This document shows positions 9,421-18,864 of a stretch of 42,784 bases of DNA, in pieces. The notes beneath the pieces were generated by a model, which ran no database searches, was not told the DNA's origin, and was given only the letters and a program-made list of their open reading frames with translations. This stretch comes from a virus (lineage: Duplodnaviria > Caudoviricetes): positions 1 through 42,784 of the IMG/VR virus record IMGVR_UViG_3300030329_004361; one strand, written 5' to 3'. The position numbers and the translations under genes were made by a program. Position 1 is the first letter of the stretch; each line of letters starts with the position of its first letter.

Positions 9421-9951
9421 TCATAATTTTCCCTGTGCCTCGCGGATCGCCGACGTAGCGCCCGGCGACATCGCTGACAAGCGGGCCTTTGTAAGTTCGT
9501 CCTTGGTGTCGATCTTTCCGTCGTCCCCGGCAACACGCACAAGCACGTTGGCGAGTGATCGCAGATCCTTTCGTTTCTTCAGTGCCGTACCGATTCCGCC
9601 AATGCCGAGCAGAGCGCCTGCGATGCTGAAGATTGGGCCACCAAACAGGGAGCCGATGTCAAGAATCTTTGACAGTCCCCCGGCGTCAGATGACACAATC
9701 GTTGACACCGAACGAACGTCGTCACGCACAATTTCTAGAACGTCCTTCACGGCGGAAACGCGCTCGTCCAGTTCTCCAGAACTTGACCGCGTGCTCTCCA
9801 ACAACTCCACAGTCTTGTCGATGGGTGCCAGAGCCGCACAGCCTGACAACAAGACAAACCCAGCGATCCCAACCGCAGCAGCAGCGATGATGATCCACTT
9901 AGCGCCGATGGGTCTCTTCGGCATTTTCATATTCTTCATCCTTTTACGCAT
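9421..9951 (-). CDS. Lipoprotein with second TM segment (spanin-like candidate)
   Basis: Basic N-terminus, hydrophobic h-region, LLSGC lipobox, short coiled coil, Gly-rich TM and KKRK. Start chosen at 9951; the ORF track starts at 10014. Confidence 0.55.
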   Translation of the reverse strand: MRKRMKNMKMPKRPIGAKWIIIAAAAVGIAGFVLLSGCAALAPIDKTVELLESTRSSSGELDERVSAVKDVLEIVRDDVRSVSTIVSSDAGGLSKILDIGSLFGGPIFSIAGALLGIGGIGTALKKRKDLRSLANVLVRVAGDDGKIDTKDELTKARLSAMSPGATSAIREAQGKL

Positions 9952-10093
9952 TGCGTGTTCGACTCCCCGACCTGGAATTGGAGGTATTCCTTGCTGTCCT
10001 CGTCGCACTGCCACCAGATCCTCTTACCGCCGCCCTGTGGGCAGCCTTGCCTTTTTTCGTGTACGGATATTTTTTCCCGTTTAGCTTCGGCAT
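9944..10093 (-). CDS. Small highly basic protein (MPKLNGKKYPYTKKGKAA...)
   Basis: 49 aa, K/R-rich. The 'KKxPYTKKGKAA' type start is recurrent in phage structural operons. Confidence 0.55.
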   Translation of the reverse strand: MPKLNGKKYPYTKKGKAAHRAAVRGSGGSATRTARNTSNSRSGSRTRNA

Positions 10094-10170
10094 GAGTCGC
10101 GTCCAACCAAAACCCTCGGGCGAGTCCTTCAACATCCTGCGTCAGGACTCGCCCGGGGCAAAGGAGAGCC

Positions 10171-10968
10171 TCAAGTATAGTTCCGACCGCAGGCAACGTG
10201 GTGTGCCGTGATCGTCTTCGCCGCAGCAGCATTGGCTTGCACGTTGATCGACGGCTTCAGTGCCGTGATGTTCGCCGTCAATGCATTCTTCGTGCGGTGG
10301 TGAACGGCACTGCCGGGATCAGCCGCCCTCGCAAAATGGCAATCGGCATACCGATCAGCGTCCACCGCGATCTTGCACCAGTAGGTGGTGCTTACTGCCA
10401 ACTCGAACGAGAACGGATGTTCGTAGTCAGTCCCACCTACGGAGTAGGTCAAGACCACGTTGTTCCCGTTCGTGCCGTCGCCCGCGACGTACTCGAACTG
10501 GATGCGATCCGCATCACCGGACACGTCATACGGCGCGTCCTGAGCCAGAACGAACCCTGCCGTGATCGTAGCGTCCGACACGTTCGCACCCGTGGTGAAC
10601 GTCCACTCGACGGCGGGACTGTTGTCCGTGTCCCACTGAATGGCGTTCAGGCCAGTGGCGACAAGGGCTGAAGTGTTAGGAATAAGCCAGCAACTGTCGG
10701 CAGAAGCACCGGCAGTGGTGAGGCTGACCCCGCCATTCGCGACGGCGGCAACCACCTCTGTGTTGGTTCCGCCAGTCTCCCAGTCGTGGTTGGCTTCGAG
10801 TGCCGCCTCGACTTCCGTATGGCTGAAGGTGCCATTCAGGTCGAACGCCCCCGAAAGAATCGGAACCTTGCCGAACTTGTGGGAGTAGTAGTAGCGACTT
10901 CGCGGACCTGCGGCACCAACCTGTACCCCAGTATCCACATCAATATTTGCACTTGCTGAACGTGGCAT
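10171..10968 (-). CDS. Putative capsid-associated/fiber protein (lectin-like beta sandwich)
   Basis: 265 aa, A/G/T/V-rich, downstream of capsid and decoration genes, GAAAGG RBS. Confidence 0.6.
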   Translation of the reverse strand: MPRSASANIDVDTGVQVGAAGPRSRYYYSHKFGKVPILSGAFDLNGTFSHTEVEAALEANHDWETGGTNTEVVAAVANGGVSLTTAGASADSCWLIPNTSALVATGLNAIQWDTDNSPAVEWTFTTGANVSDATITAGFVLAQDAPYDVSGDADRIQFEYVAGDGTNGNNVVLTYSVGGTDYEHPFSFELAVSTTYWCKIAVDADRYADCHFARAADPGSAVHHRTKNALTANITALKPSINVQANAAAAKTITAHHVACGRNYT

Positions 10969-10986
10969 TTCATTGCCTTTCAATGT

Positions 10987-11019
10987 GGACGGGGCGTGAA
11001 TCCGCCCCGCCCGGTTTTT
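10987..11019. terminator. GC-rich intergenic hairpin with T-tract on the + strand
   Basis: GGACGGGGCG-TGAATC-CGCCCCGCCC followed by GGTTTTT. Confidence 0.5.
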
Positions 11020-11196
11020 CTAGAGCTTCACGACATACGGGCCGGAAGCGGTAAAGACTGTCAGAACCCCGTCATCAATGACCAACGCAGGCCATTCCTT
11101 GTCGGAGCCGTCGAACTTGTAGGTTGTCCACGAACCCACGGACGAGGCCGGAGCCGCCTTGGGTGCCGGGGACGCCGAGCTTTTGTATTTAGCCAT
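11020..11196 (-). CDS. Small hypothetical protein (58 aa)
   Basis: Below the ORF-track cut-off. MAKYKSSASPAPKAAPASSVGSWTTYKFDG...VVKL*, with GGAG RBS; exactly fills the gap. Confidence 0.65.
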   Translation of the reverse strand: MAKYKSSASPAPKAAPASSVGSWTTYKFDGSDKEWPALVIDDGVLTVFTASGPYVVKL

Positions 11197-11200
11197 CGAA

Positions 11201-11605
11201 TTAGCTCTCCGCAGTCCATGTTCCTACCTCGTCAATCGCCATCCAGTCATCGCCGCCTTTGCACTGGAGAGCCACTCGCTCCCCAGCAGCATTGGCCGTG
11301 ACGTACTTTCCGGCAGCCTGTGCGGCATACGTCCCACCCACCGTCAATTCGATTGTTCCTGTATCGGTGTGCGGGTGGATTCTGAGTTCCTGTGCGGCAC
11401 AGACAACGAAGCGGAATATCGCGCCTTTCGCAGCACCGGGCAGTGTGAATTGAATCGCACCGCCAGCACCACGATTGGTGTACGTCCCGCCCGACTGGGA
11501 GGCGAGGATCTGGTAGTCGGCGGTGTGATCCGCCGGTCCAAAATACCGATACCCCAGCACCCTCTTCCAGAGGGTGCGTGAGGTAATATTGGTAATTGCA
11601 GCCAT
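11201..11605 (-). CDS. Capsid decoration/cement protein
   Basis: 134 aa immediately after the major capsid gene, AAAGGA RBS, 'IQFTLPGAAKGAIFRF' motif typical of decoration proteins. Confidence 0.6.
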   Translation of the reverse strand: MAAITNITSRTLWKRVLGYRYFGPADHTADYQILASQSGGTYTNRGAGGAIQFTLPGAAKGAIFRFVVCAAQELRIHPHTDTGTIELTVGGTYAAQAAGKYVTANAAGERVALQCKGGDDWMAIDEVGTWTAES

Positions 11606-11663
11606 GTTTATTCCTTTCGGAAACCACGCTGATCTCAGCCAGCGTGGGGGCTTGTTACAAAAA

Positions 11664-12788
11664 TCAGGAAGGTGTCAGACCCGTGGTCTTGCAGTTCAGC
11701 CAAGGCTCACGGCAGGACAGGCGAAGTTTCGCATGCACCTGAGACCATTCGACGAACTCGCCACCCTCTTCGACCTCACTCTTGAGGACGAACGGTTGCG
11801 GCACGAAGTTGTAGCGGGGGTCAACTTCCAGCACCCACGACTCAAGACGAGTCGAGAACATCGTGGTGGTCGTTGCCGCACCGGCGATCTTCAGGTTGTC
11901 GTCGTAGGTGATCCAGTTGTCGCCGTACCGAATCGCAGGACGCTGCGTACCAACGGCAGCATTGCCCGGCATCTTCGGAACCTCGATCGCGTATAGACCC
12001 TGAGCTTCTTCGCGAAGAGTCTGCCACAGCCGAGGATGGACGATGTGCAGGTTGCACCCCTGACCATCTGAGGACTTCGCAGCACGTCCAGTCACCGTGG
12101 AGTTTCCGTGGTTGATCACGTCGATCAGGTCCAAGGAAATCGCCGTGGTGTCGAGGGCGGTAGTCGCGTCAATGATGAGCGGGTCAAGGTCACTTTCGGT
12201 GGCGCGATTGACGCGACCGTAAGTGTTGCCCGAAGTCATAACGTGATCAAGGCCGAGCAGCGATGTCCATCTCTGGTCATTCTGCTGGGCAGCGGTCAGC
12301 GTTCCGTTCAACATGTCCTCATTGACACGCTTGAGCAGACGCTCGAACGTGATCGCCGAGGCGTTGTCCATGATCGACATGATCGCAGACGGTCCGGTAG
12401 CGTCGTCCAAACTGGACTTGCCAACCTTCATCGGCTCCATGTAGTGGGTCCAACGCAGTTCGATCTGACCTGCGTTGTCTTCGCCAAACGTGCTTGCCGT
12501 TGGCGTCGAGTCACGATGTGCGACGGTCGAACCGTCGTTCGGCTCGTACTTCTGGTAGTTCCAGAAGATGGCGCTGGAATGTCCAAGACGACGGATCTCG
12601 CCTCGTCCCAGCTTGCCGAGATCACCAAACACCGCAGCGGTATTCGGGCGACCGAGTTTTGTTAGCTTCTCAACCGACGACAGTCCCAGATAGGACAACA
12701 TCGGGTTGAAGCGGGCGAATGGATTGTAGAGACGCTTTGTGAAATTCTCACGAACGTATGCTTGTAAACCTTCACGAACGTATGCCAT
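11664..12788 (-). CDS. Major capsid protein
   Basis: 374 aa in portal-scaffold-capsid order, with 'LLGLDHVMTSGNTYGRVNRA' motif and a C-terminal strand pattern typical of HK97-fold capsids. Confidence 0.8.
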   Translation of the reverse strand: MAYVREGLQAYVRENFTKRLYNPFARFNPMLSYLGLSSVEKLTKLGRPNTAAVFGDLGKLGRGEIRRLGHSSAIFWNYQKYEPNDGSTVAHRDSTPTASTFGEDNAGQIELRWTHYMEPMKVGKSSLDDATGPSAIMSIMDNASAITFERLLKRVNEDMLNGTLTAAQQNDQRWTSLLGLDHVMTSGNTYGRVNRATESDLDPLIIDATTALDTTAISLDLIDVINHGNSTVTGRAAKSSDGQGCNLHIVHPRLWQTLREEAQGLYAIEVPKMPGNAAVGTQRPAIRYGDNWITYDDNLKIAGAATTTTMFSTRLESWVLEVDPRYNFVPQPFVLKSEVEEGGEFVEWSQVHAKLRLSCREPWLNCKTTGLTPS

Positions 12789-12825
12789 CGGTGGTCACTC
12801 TCACACTAGAGTGCCACGGCTTTTT

Positions 12826-13716
12826 CTAGTCGGCCTGCCAAATGTCCGAATCTTCCACCATTGGGATGGAGTCAAGACCGGACGGCGGCGGGCCAGTCCT
12901 TGCCGAGGCACCGGGTTTTACAACGGTGCCAGTGACACGGGGTTGGCGAGATTGAGCAGGAGCTTTGGCGTTCACATTGTCGAGGATATGTTCAAGTTCG
13001 GTGTAGACGGCACCCTCGAATCGAGGATCGCCTTCAGCGTACCATCCCTTGTCCGTGACATTTTGCTTTGCCTGTGCAGCGGCTTCGAGCCTTTGTTCCT
13101 CCGTCACGCCCTTCGATGTCTCCAACTGTTTCCAGTAGTTGGCGGTCGCGGTTTCATTCAACTGGTTGCTCAGAGACTCAATCTGCTGAGACATACGCTG
13201 AATGGTGTCGTTGACCTGTGGGTCGGTGCCGGATGAATGAATACCGTTCACCACGTTAGACAGGGCTTCTTGCACGGCGTCAGAGTCTAGCATGTCAACT
13301 TCTTCAAATGCCGACTTGACAATATCGCCTGCTGATTTTCCCTGCGGTTGCGGTGTCTCCGTCTGGCCCTGTGTAGCATTGGACTGCTGCTGCATCATCT
13401 GGACGAGCGTGTCTTGAAGGGTGTCGAGACGCCCCGCAAGTTGCTCTTCCTTCTGACGACGTGCTGACAGTTCCTGCTGAACCTTCTGGAGTCCAGTGTT
13501 CCAGTGATCAACTGGCTGGGTGGGTTCTTGCGGCTGCTGATTTGCCGGAAGGGGATTGTCCTTCCTTGCGGCTTCAGAAGCGGCTATCTCCGACTCCGTG
13601 ATAATCGGATTGCCAGCTTCGGCATTCCGGTCACTGTCGGTAGACCCCGTCCCAGACAACTGAGACTGCGGCTCTGGATCTGCTGAGTACAACTCCTGCT
13701 GCGATGTTTCTGCCAT
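12826..13716 (-). CDS. Scaffolding protein
   Basis: 296 aa, Q/E-rich coiled coil between portal and capsid genes. Confidence 0.75.
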   Translation of the reverse strand: MAETSQQELYSADPEPQSQLSGTGSTDSDRNAEAGNPIITESEIAASEAARKDNPLPANQQPQEPTQPVDHWNTGLQKVQQELSARRQKEEQLAGRLDTLQDTLVQMMQQQSNATQGQTETPQPQGKSAGDIVKSAFEEVDMLDSDAVQEALSNVVNGIHSSGTDPQVNDTIQRMSQQIESLSNQLNETATANYWKQLETSKGVTEEQRLEAAAQAKQNVTDKGWYAEGDPRFEGAVYTELEHILDNVNAKAPAQSRQPRVTGTVVKPGASARTGPPPSGLDSIPMVEDSDIWQAD

Positions 13717-13746
13717 GACCCTCTGCTTTCGGTGTTCGCGTTGGTT

Positions 13747-13820
13747 CAGTGACCTGCGAGTGCGGCTGGGTTTGAATCAGTGACCTGCCGTGTACGCTCG
13801 GTATGAGACGCCAGTGACCT
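13747..13820. repeat. Three spaced CAGTGACCT direct repeats in the scaffold leader
   Basis: Copies at 13747, 13778 and 13812. Confidence 0.85.
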
Positions 13821-13907
13821 CCACTTGTCTCTGGTCCCTACTGCTCGGACGCCAACGAGGCGACCAAGACTTTCAATGACGCACGGCCCCTGTCAGGGGA
13901 CCGAGAA

Positions 13908-16226
13908 TTACTGCAACGACTGAGCTTGTAACCGCTCTGCATTATCCACGCCACCCGCCGCCCCCGGGATGTCCACCGGGGGCGATGGTCGAGCACCCCC
14001 GTCAGGGGTTCCCCCGGGTGCCGACATGCCGCCTCCCTGCGGCTGTTGCTGCTGCTGACCCGCTGCGCGGGTAGCGGCCTGCTGTTCCATAACTCCCTGA
14101 GCCATGGCGTCCTGTTCCATGTCCTGACGCTTCCGGCGTGTGATTGGGGAGGGGTCTCTTCCGTGGTCCTCCAAAGCAGTTTGCCGGTCAAGTAGCCCTA
14201 ATTGATAAAGCTGTTGCGCTTCTTCCCGGTCGATTTGGTGGAGGATTCCACGACCCATCGTGGCGTTCACTTCGACATTGTACCTGCCTAGTTCAAGACG
14301 CTTCATGTACTCGTCTACAACAAAATCAGGGTAAGCGTTCAAAATTTCATACGCAAGGCTCGGCCTCATCCACTTGACCATGGACTCCATACACAGCTTC
14401 GCGATCCTCGTCACCGTCGCTTCGAGATGCTTGGCTTGCAGACCGAGCGGGCCACGGGCTTCCTGCCTCAGTTGCTGGATGGTCCGGCCACTGGTCTGAG
14501 CACCGGGGGTCCGCCCCTGCAACGCCTCGACGTGTCCGCTCATCCGGTCGTGCTCGGACAAGAGCATCTGTAGCAGACCGACCCGGTCCCTAGACTGCGG
14601 CGGAGGCTCCTGCGTCACGCCAAACTTGCCGCCACGCTGGAGGATCGAGTCATACATCCGTCGAGGGATCGGGATGACCCTGCCCGGTCGAATGTGCAAT
14701 TTGAACCCTCGACTCCTGAGATCCTCCCAGAGGTCGGCAGGCCAGAACTCTACCGGGTATGCCGAGTACCTGCTATGGGTGCAGAGGACTGTAAGTTCAT
14801 TGTTGATCTGCTGTTGCAGAGCTTCAAGCCTGAATGGATCTCCCAGCCCCCACGCTTTGTGGAAGACCGGAATGTTCACCGTCCACCCCATTGGCTCTAC
14901 ATGGGAGGGGCAGCGTCGTTTGTCGATTGTCTTGCCGATCTGGGGCAGAACCTGAATCTGGAGGATTCCGAACGTGGTCGGCCAGTTCTCGCCGTCCGGC
15001 TCATCGTGCGTCGGCGGGGTTGCAGGCTCCCCTGTCTCGGCGTCAACGTACTGAGGGGGACCGGCTGGATTCTCCTGAATCACCACCTTCTCGCTCTGGA
15101 TCGCCTCCTCCTCGCTCATCGGCACCTTCGCGTTCTTGATCCATGCGGTACGCACGCAGACCATCGCACGCTCGTAGTCGTGGTCGCCGTAGATCGAAGA
15201 CAGGCGGGAGCTTTCCTTGCCGGAAGTGAGACGGCCCTCCTGAGCAGCCTCCTTGAACTTACGCTTCATCTTGGGGTAGACGGCCTCTGCCTTGTCGAGC
15301 GAGAGGTAGTAGTCCCAGACGATGTAGTCGAATTGCCCAATCCGGGTATGAACCGGGTCCGGGTAGACGCTCAGGCCGTGCGGGTTCTCCAGCCAGAACT
15401 TCTGGCCGTGCTCATCCCACTGGAAGAACAGGGGCTGAAACCCGAACACGCGGGTGTAGAACGCATGCTCGTTGATTACTTCATCGCCGTCAGACTCCGC
15501 CCAGCGGTTGTCGAACAGCCTCTTGCCCACCCTTGCCGTGGTCACGTCGTTGATAATGAAGAAGTCGTCGTCCCTCAGAAGCGGAGCGCCGGTGATCGGG
15601 TTCCGCAGGGCATCCATCAGGAACTCGGCACGGGCGTCGTCGATGAAGGTGTCACCGGCCAGTTCCTCCGAGGTAAAACCAGACAACTGCGGCTGGCCCA
15701 GAGGCATTCCCGGGTTGATCTGTGACACGAACTTGGGGTTCTGGGAGAACATCTCCACCCGACGTGCCGCACGTTTCTTCAGTACATACAACCACTTGTC
15801 TTCAGACTCTACGGGATTGAACGCGATCTGGACCGGCCTCTCGGTCATCGCGGCGTGGGTCGCCAAGATCGCCGTTTGGGTGCGGTTCAGTACAGACTTG
15901 ATCACCCCGGTCGTGCTGGCGGACGGGGTATCGGCGGGTAGCTTGTACCCCTCTTCGAGCATCTTGCTCTGGGCGCTGCCGCCGTTGTATGAAGTGGCGT
16001 GGTCACCAAGGAATCTGGCCGCATTCCGTGCAGCCATGTCGGCAAAGCTCAGGCTGTTCGATCCAGCCCCCCGCTCGGAGCGTGCCTTCTCCGACTCCCT
16101 GACAAGACGATCCAGAATCTCAATCTCGGGATCGACCTTTCCCTTCCCAGACCCATCCGACCCGGAGTACGACTTCCTGTGAAGTGCGTCACCGACCGCT
16201 TGGATTATGTCGCTGCCCATCGCCAT
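13908..16226 (-). CDS. Portal protein (P22-like)
   Basis: 772 aa after the terminase, with 'SVYPDP' and 'RMSGHVEALQG...TSGRTIQQL' motifs, a Q/G/P-rich tail and GGAGG RBS. Confidence 0.85.
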   Translation of the reverse strand: MAMGSDIIQAVGDALHRKSYSGSDGSGKGKVDPEIEILDRLVRESEKARSERGAGSNSLSFADMAARNAARFLGDHATSYNGGSAQSKMLEEGYKLPADTPSASTTGVIKSVLNRTQTAILATHAAMTERPVQIAFNPVESEDKWLYVLKKRAARRVEMFSQNPKFVSQINPGMPLGQPQLSGFTSEELAGDTFIDDARAEFLMDALRNPITGAPLLRDDDFFIINDVTTARVGKRLFDNRWAESDGDEVINEHAFYTRVFGFQPLFFQWDEHGQKFWLENPHGLSVYPDPVHTRIGQFDYIVWDYYLSLDKAEAVYPKMKRKFKEAAQEGRLTSGKESSRLSSIYGDHDYERAMVCVRTAWIKNAKVPMSEEEAIQSEKVVIQENPAGPPQYVDAETGEPATPPTHDEPDGENWPTTFGILQIQVLPQIGKTIDKRRCPSHVEPMGWTVNIPVFHKAWGLGDPFRLEALQQQINNELTVLCTHSRYSAYPVEFWPADLWEDLRSRGFKLHIRPGRVIPIPRRMYDSILQRGGKFGVTQEPPPQSRDRVGLLQMLLSEHDRMSGHVEALQGRTPGAQTSGRTIQQLRQEARGPLGLQAKHLEATVTRIAKLCMESMVKWMRPSLAYEILNAYPDFVVDEYMKRLELGRYNVEVNATMGRGILHQIDREEAQQLYQLGLLDRQTALEDHGRDPSPITRRKRQDMEQDAMAQGVMEQQAATRAAGQQQQQPQGGGMSAPGGTPDGGARPSPPVDIPGAAGGVDNAERLQAQSLQ

Positions 16227-16250
16227 GCGTGGTCCTCCATGACCATCTCA

Positions 16251-16661
16251 CTACCATGTCACCCCCGGGACTGGAGGCTGCTCTTCATCCGCCTCCCTTT
16301 GTCTGTCGTCATCCTCGGCCTCCAGCCTTTCCGCAACGTCCCGAAAGTCCACCGGACCCGGCTGGAGCAGTGGCACTGAAGGGGGTTCGCCCTCCTGCTT
16401 CTGCCACGTCAACGCCGCACCGGCAATCAACCCTAGCACGAAAACGGCCAGAGTCCACCCGGCAAACGCGATCGCCGTGGTAACCACTGCCCCGGCGTCA
16501 CCCGGGAGCCTACCAGCAAAAGAGGCAAGCAACCAGAACGTAAAGATAACCGGGGACGCCAGTACCAGCCAACGCCACCCATACTTCACGGAAAGGGAAG
16601 CCTCTCGGAGGCTAGACCATACCTTCCTGCCAATCCTCTTCGCCGTCGTATTCCAAGTCAT
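16251..16661 (-). CDS. Two-TM membrane protein
   Basis: Two long hydrophobic helices and an acidic tail. Start uncertain; overlaps the 3' end of terL. Confidence 0.55.
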   Translation of the reverse strand: MTWNTTAKRIGRKVWSSLREASLSVKYGWRWLVLASPVIFTFWLLASFAGRLPGDAGAVVTTAIAFAGWTLAVFVLGLIAGAALTWQKQEGEPPSVPLLQPGPVDFRDVAERLEAEDDDRQREADEEQPPVPGVTW

Positions 16662-18132
16662 CGGCTGTATCATATACCCCGGAGACACTGTTCACATAGG
16701 ACGGGTCTTCGCCGATCCACGCCTTCACGGCATCGCATGCATGGTTGTCCGTCCGGGCGGGCCTCTCACGCAAGTCGATCTTCTGGGTCTCGTCCATCAC
16801 CCACCGCCACGTCCGCATCTCTCGGATCGTGTTGATGCACTTGTCGTTGACGAACAGCCTCTTGTCGCGGAAGGCTGTTCGCACCTTGTTGATCATAGCC
16901 CTCTCGCCGCCTCCGAAGTCGCGGGTCCGCAACCACCTTCTGCACTGAATCCCCGCCTTGGCGTACTCGTCAGCGAGGGTCAGTTCGTTGCTCGGCGTGA
17001 CCGCCCACCCTGCGGGGTCCATGGCAACGTCGGTCAGGTTCTCGACCCGAAGCCCCCACAGCTTCAGCATGTCTCGGATCATGTCGCAGATTTCATCTAC
17101 GCGGAGGCCACGAACGTACACCTCGTCCCACACGATCATGTTCCCCTCTGGAGTTACTACGAGGAGAAGGGCGGCAGTGTGAACACCGCAGTCAATGAAC
17201 AGGTCGCACTTGCTCTGGTTGCGGTCATCGTCCTCCGGCAGTTTGTCGCCTGTTTCCAACAGGTTCCCTTCCGGGGCGAGCATGTTGTTGAACTCGGGAA
17301 AACACAAGCCGGTCAACGAAACGTACTCGCCGAGAATACGCATGCGGTACTCTTCCGGCGATAGCCCTGCGGCGATCTCCTCTATCTTTCCTTCCGGCAG
17401 GTTCTTCTTGTTGTCGTAGGTCGTGAACACTTCATGTCGGAACCGTTCGTTGTTGCTCTCTTCGATTCTCATCTTGAGCCATAGCTCTTCTGGGATCGTC
17501 GATATGAGAATCTTCCCCTTGCGGTCAAGGGTTCGCATCATCAATCTTCCGAACAAACTCTCTCGGTGTGCCTCGTCCCACCACACCACGTCAACAGGAA
17601 CGGTCTCGAAAACATTGAGACCCTGTTCCTCGTTCATAAAGTTGATCGTCACCTTCTCCTTCTTCTTCCCGTTCCCCGCGTTGTAGGTAACAACGCTTCG
17701 ATCGCCGAAACCATACTCATCGTTCCACGGCTTGGAGAAACGCTCCTGCGGCAGAGCTTCCCACAATTCCCTCTGCGGACCACCTACAGAACTCTTGAAC
17801 GTCTGGGAAACACACCACACCCTCGCGCCCGAATAACCCTTGTCACGAATCCACCTTGCAGTACAGAGACGCCCCGCGCCCCACGACTTGCCGGAACGGT
17901 TCGCGCCTACCCACGCGATCACGTCGAACTCGTCATTCCAAAAATCCTCCGCTAGCTGAATCTGTTTTTGGCTGGCCGTCAAAAAGGCTAGGTCGATCGC
18001 CGACTGGTTTTGTATTATTCCCTGAGCCTCTTCCAGAAGATCGAGCACTTCTTGTGACGGTCTTTCGATACTTTGAACGTGACGGTATATACGAAAGATT
18101 TCTTGTATTTGTTCCGTCGCTAGTTCTGTCAT
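16612..18132 (-). CDS. terL: Terminase large subunit
   Basis: Walker A GANRSGKS, Walker B VVWWDE, coupling motif STIP, RNase H-like FIDCG...DNHACDA. Confidence 0.93.
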   Translation of the reverse strand: MTELATEQIQEIFRIYRHVQSIERPSQEVLDLLEEAQGIIQNQSAIDLAFLTASQKQIQLAEDFWNDEFDVIAWVGANRSGKSWGAGRLCTARWIRDKGYSGARVWCVSQTFKSSVGGPQRELWEALPQERFSKPWNDEYGFGDRSVVTYNAGNGKKKEKVTINFMNEEQGLNVFETVPVDVVWWDEAHRESLFGRLMMRTLDRKGKILISTIPEELWLKMRIEESNNERFRHEVFTTYDNKKNLPEGKIEEIAAGLSPEEYRMRILGEYVSLTGLCFPEFNNMLAPEGNLLETGDKLPEDDDRNQSKCDLFIDCGVHTAALLLVVTPEGNMIVWDEVYVRGLRVDEICDMIRDMLKLWGLRVENLTDVAMDPAGWAVTPSNELTLADEYAKAGIQCRRWLRTRDFGGGERAMINKVRTAFRDKRLFVNDKCINTIREMRTWRWVMDETQKIDLRERPARTDNHACDAVKAWIGEDPSYVNSVSGVYDTADDLEYDGEEDWQEGMV

Positions 18133-18331
18133 GCCCCACCGATCTTTCCATGTGCGAAATAAACCCGCCGGTAATCATCGGTGCTCCGTCGTGAAACAGT
18201 GTGCCGACGTACTCCCCGTCGTATGAAACGAACACGCCGTGCAGGTCAATCTTCAGGTCCAGCTTCTCCAGATTGATAGACGGCAACCTACGCAATAGCT
18301 CACGTCGAACGCTTCCGTACTCCCAGATCAC
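17933..18331 (-). CDS. Hypothetical protein
   Basis: Coupled to the HNH stop (GTGA). Its 3' 200 nt overlap terL. Confidence 0.45.
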   Translation of the reverse strand: MIWEYGSVRRELLRRLPSINLEKLDLKIDLHGVFVSYDGEYVGTLFHDGAPMITGGFISHMERSVGHDRTSDGTNTRNLSYIPSRSKYRKTVTRSARSSGRGSGNNTKPVGDRPSLFDGQPKTDSASGGFLE

Positions 18332-18864
18332 GTCCTGCTACCCCTGTGTCGAAGCCCATGGCATTGCTTGCAGAGAAACACAACGTCGAGCGGCTTGTTG
18401 TAGTCCTCATGGTGAGCCTCAATATGTTTCGCCTTCTTCCCGCACGTCTGGCAGGAAGTCGGCTTCTTCAGCTTCCCAGTCTTCACCGCCCGGTACACTT
18501 GCGTTTTCACCCTGTTCATGAAGTGGTATTTCTCCGGGTTCTCCCTCTTCATCCTCTCCTTGTATGCGGACACCTGTGCCAGCAGCTTGTCTTTGTCCCT
18601 CACCAAGACTTCTCTCGCGTTCTTGCACTTCTTGCATTTGCTGGCAAGCCCGTTCGGGGTCTTCGTGTTCGACTTGTGATATTCCGAGGAAGGCTTGAAG
18701 CACTTGCAGCCGTGGCACTTCCAATGCGTCTCCCCCTTTATTACTGTCGATGTCCGCCCCCTGTGCTTCCACCCGCTCCTCATCGGTTCTTCTGACCGCC
18801 TTGTCATATTTTTGCTCCTTGTCTTTCTTCTTGACAGAGATCGACCAACACCAACTACCGTCAT
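18328..18864 (-). CDS. HNH-type endonuclease with zinc fingers
   Basis: CxxC...CxxC followed by 'CQTCG...EAHHEDYNKPLDVVFLCKQCH'. Exact start uncertain. Confidence 0.8.
   Translation of the reverse strand: MTVVGVGRSLSRRKTRSKNMTRRSEEPMRSGWKHRGRTSTVIKGETHWKCHGCKCFKPSSEYHKSNTKTPNGLASKCKKCKNAREVLVRDKDKLLAQVSAYKERMKRENPEKYHFMNRVKTQVYRAVKTGKLKKPTSCQTCGKKAKHIEAHHEDYNKPLDVVFLCKQCHGLRHRGSRT

Noticed and set aside
13747-13820. CRISPR array
   Set aside because: Repeats are only 9-12 nt in three copies and no cas gene is present. Kept only as a short repeat.
6184-17364. Long plus-strand ORFs antisense to structural genes (e.g. 6184-7221, 14694-15725, 16477-17364)
   Set aside because: Shadow ORFs expected in GC-rich coding DNA; no RBS or recognisable motifs.
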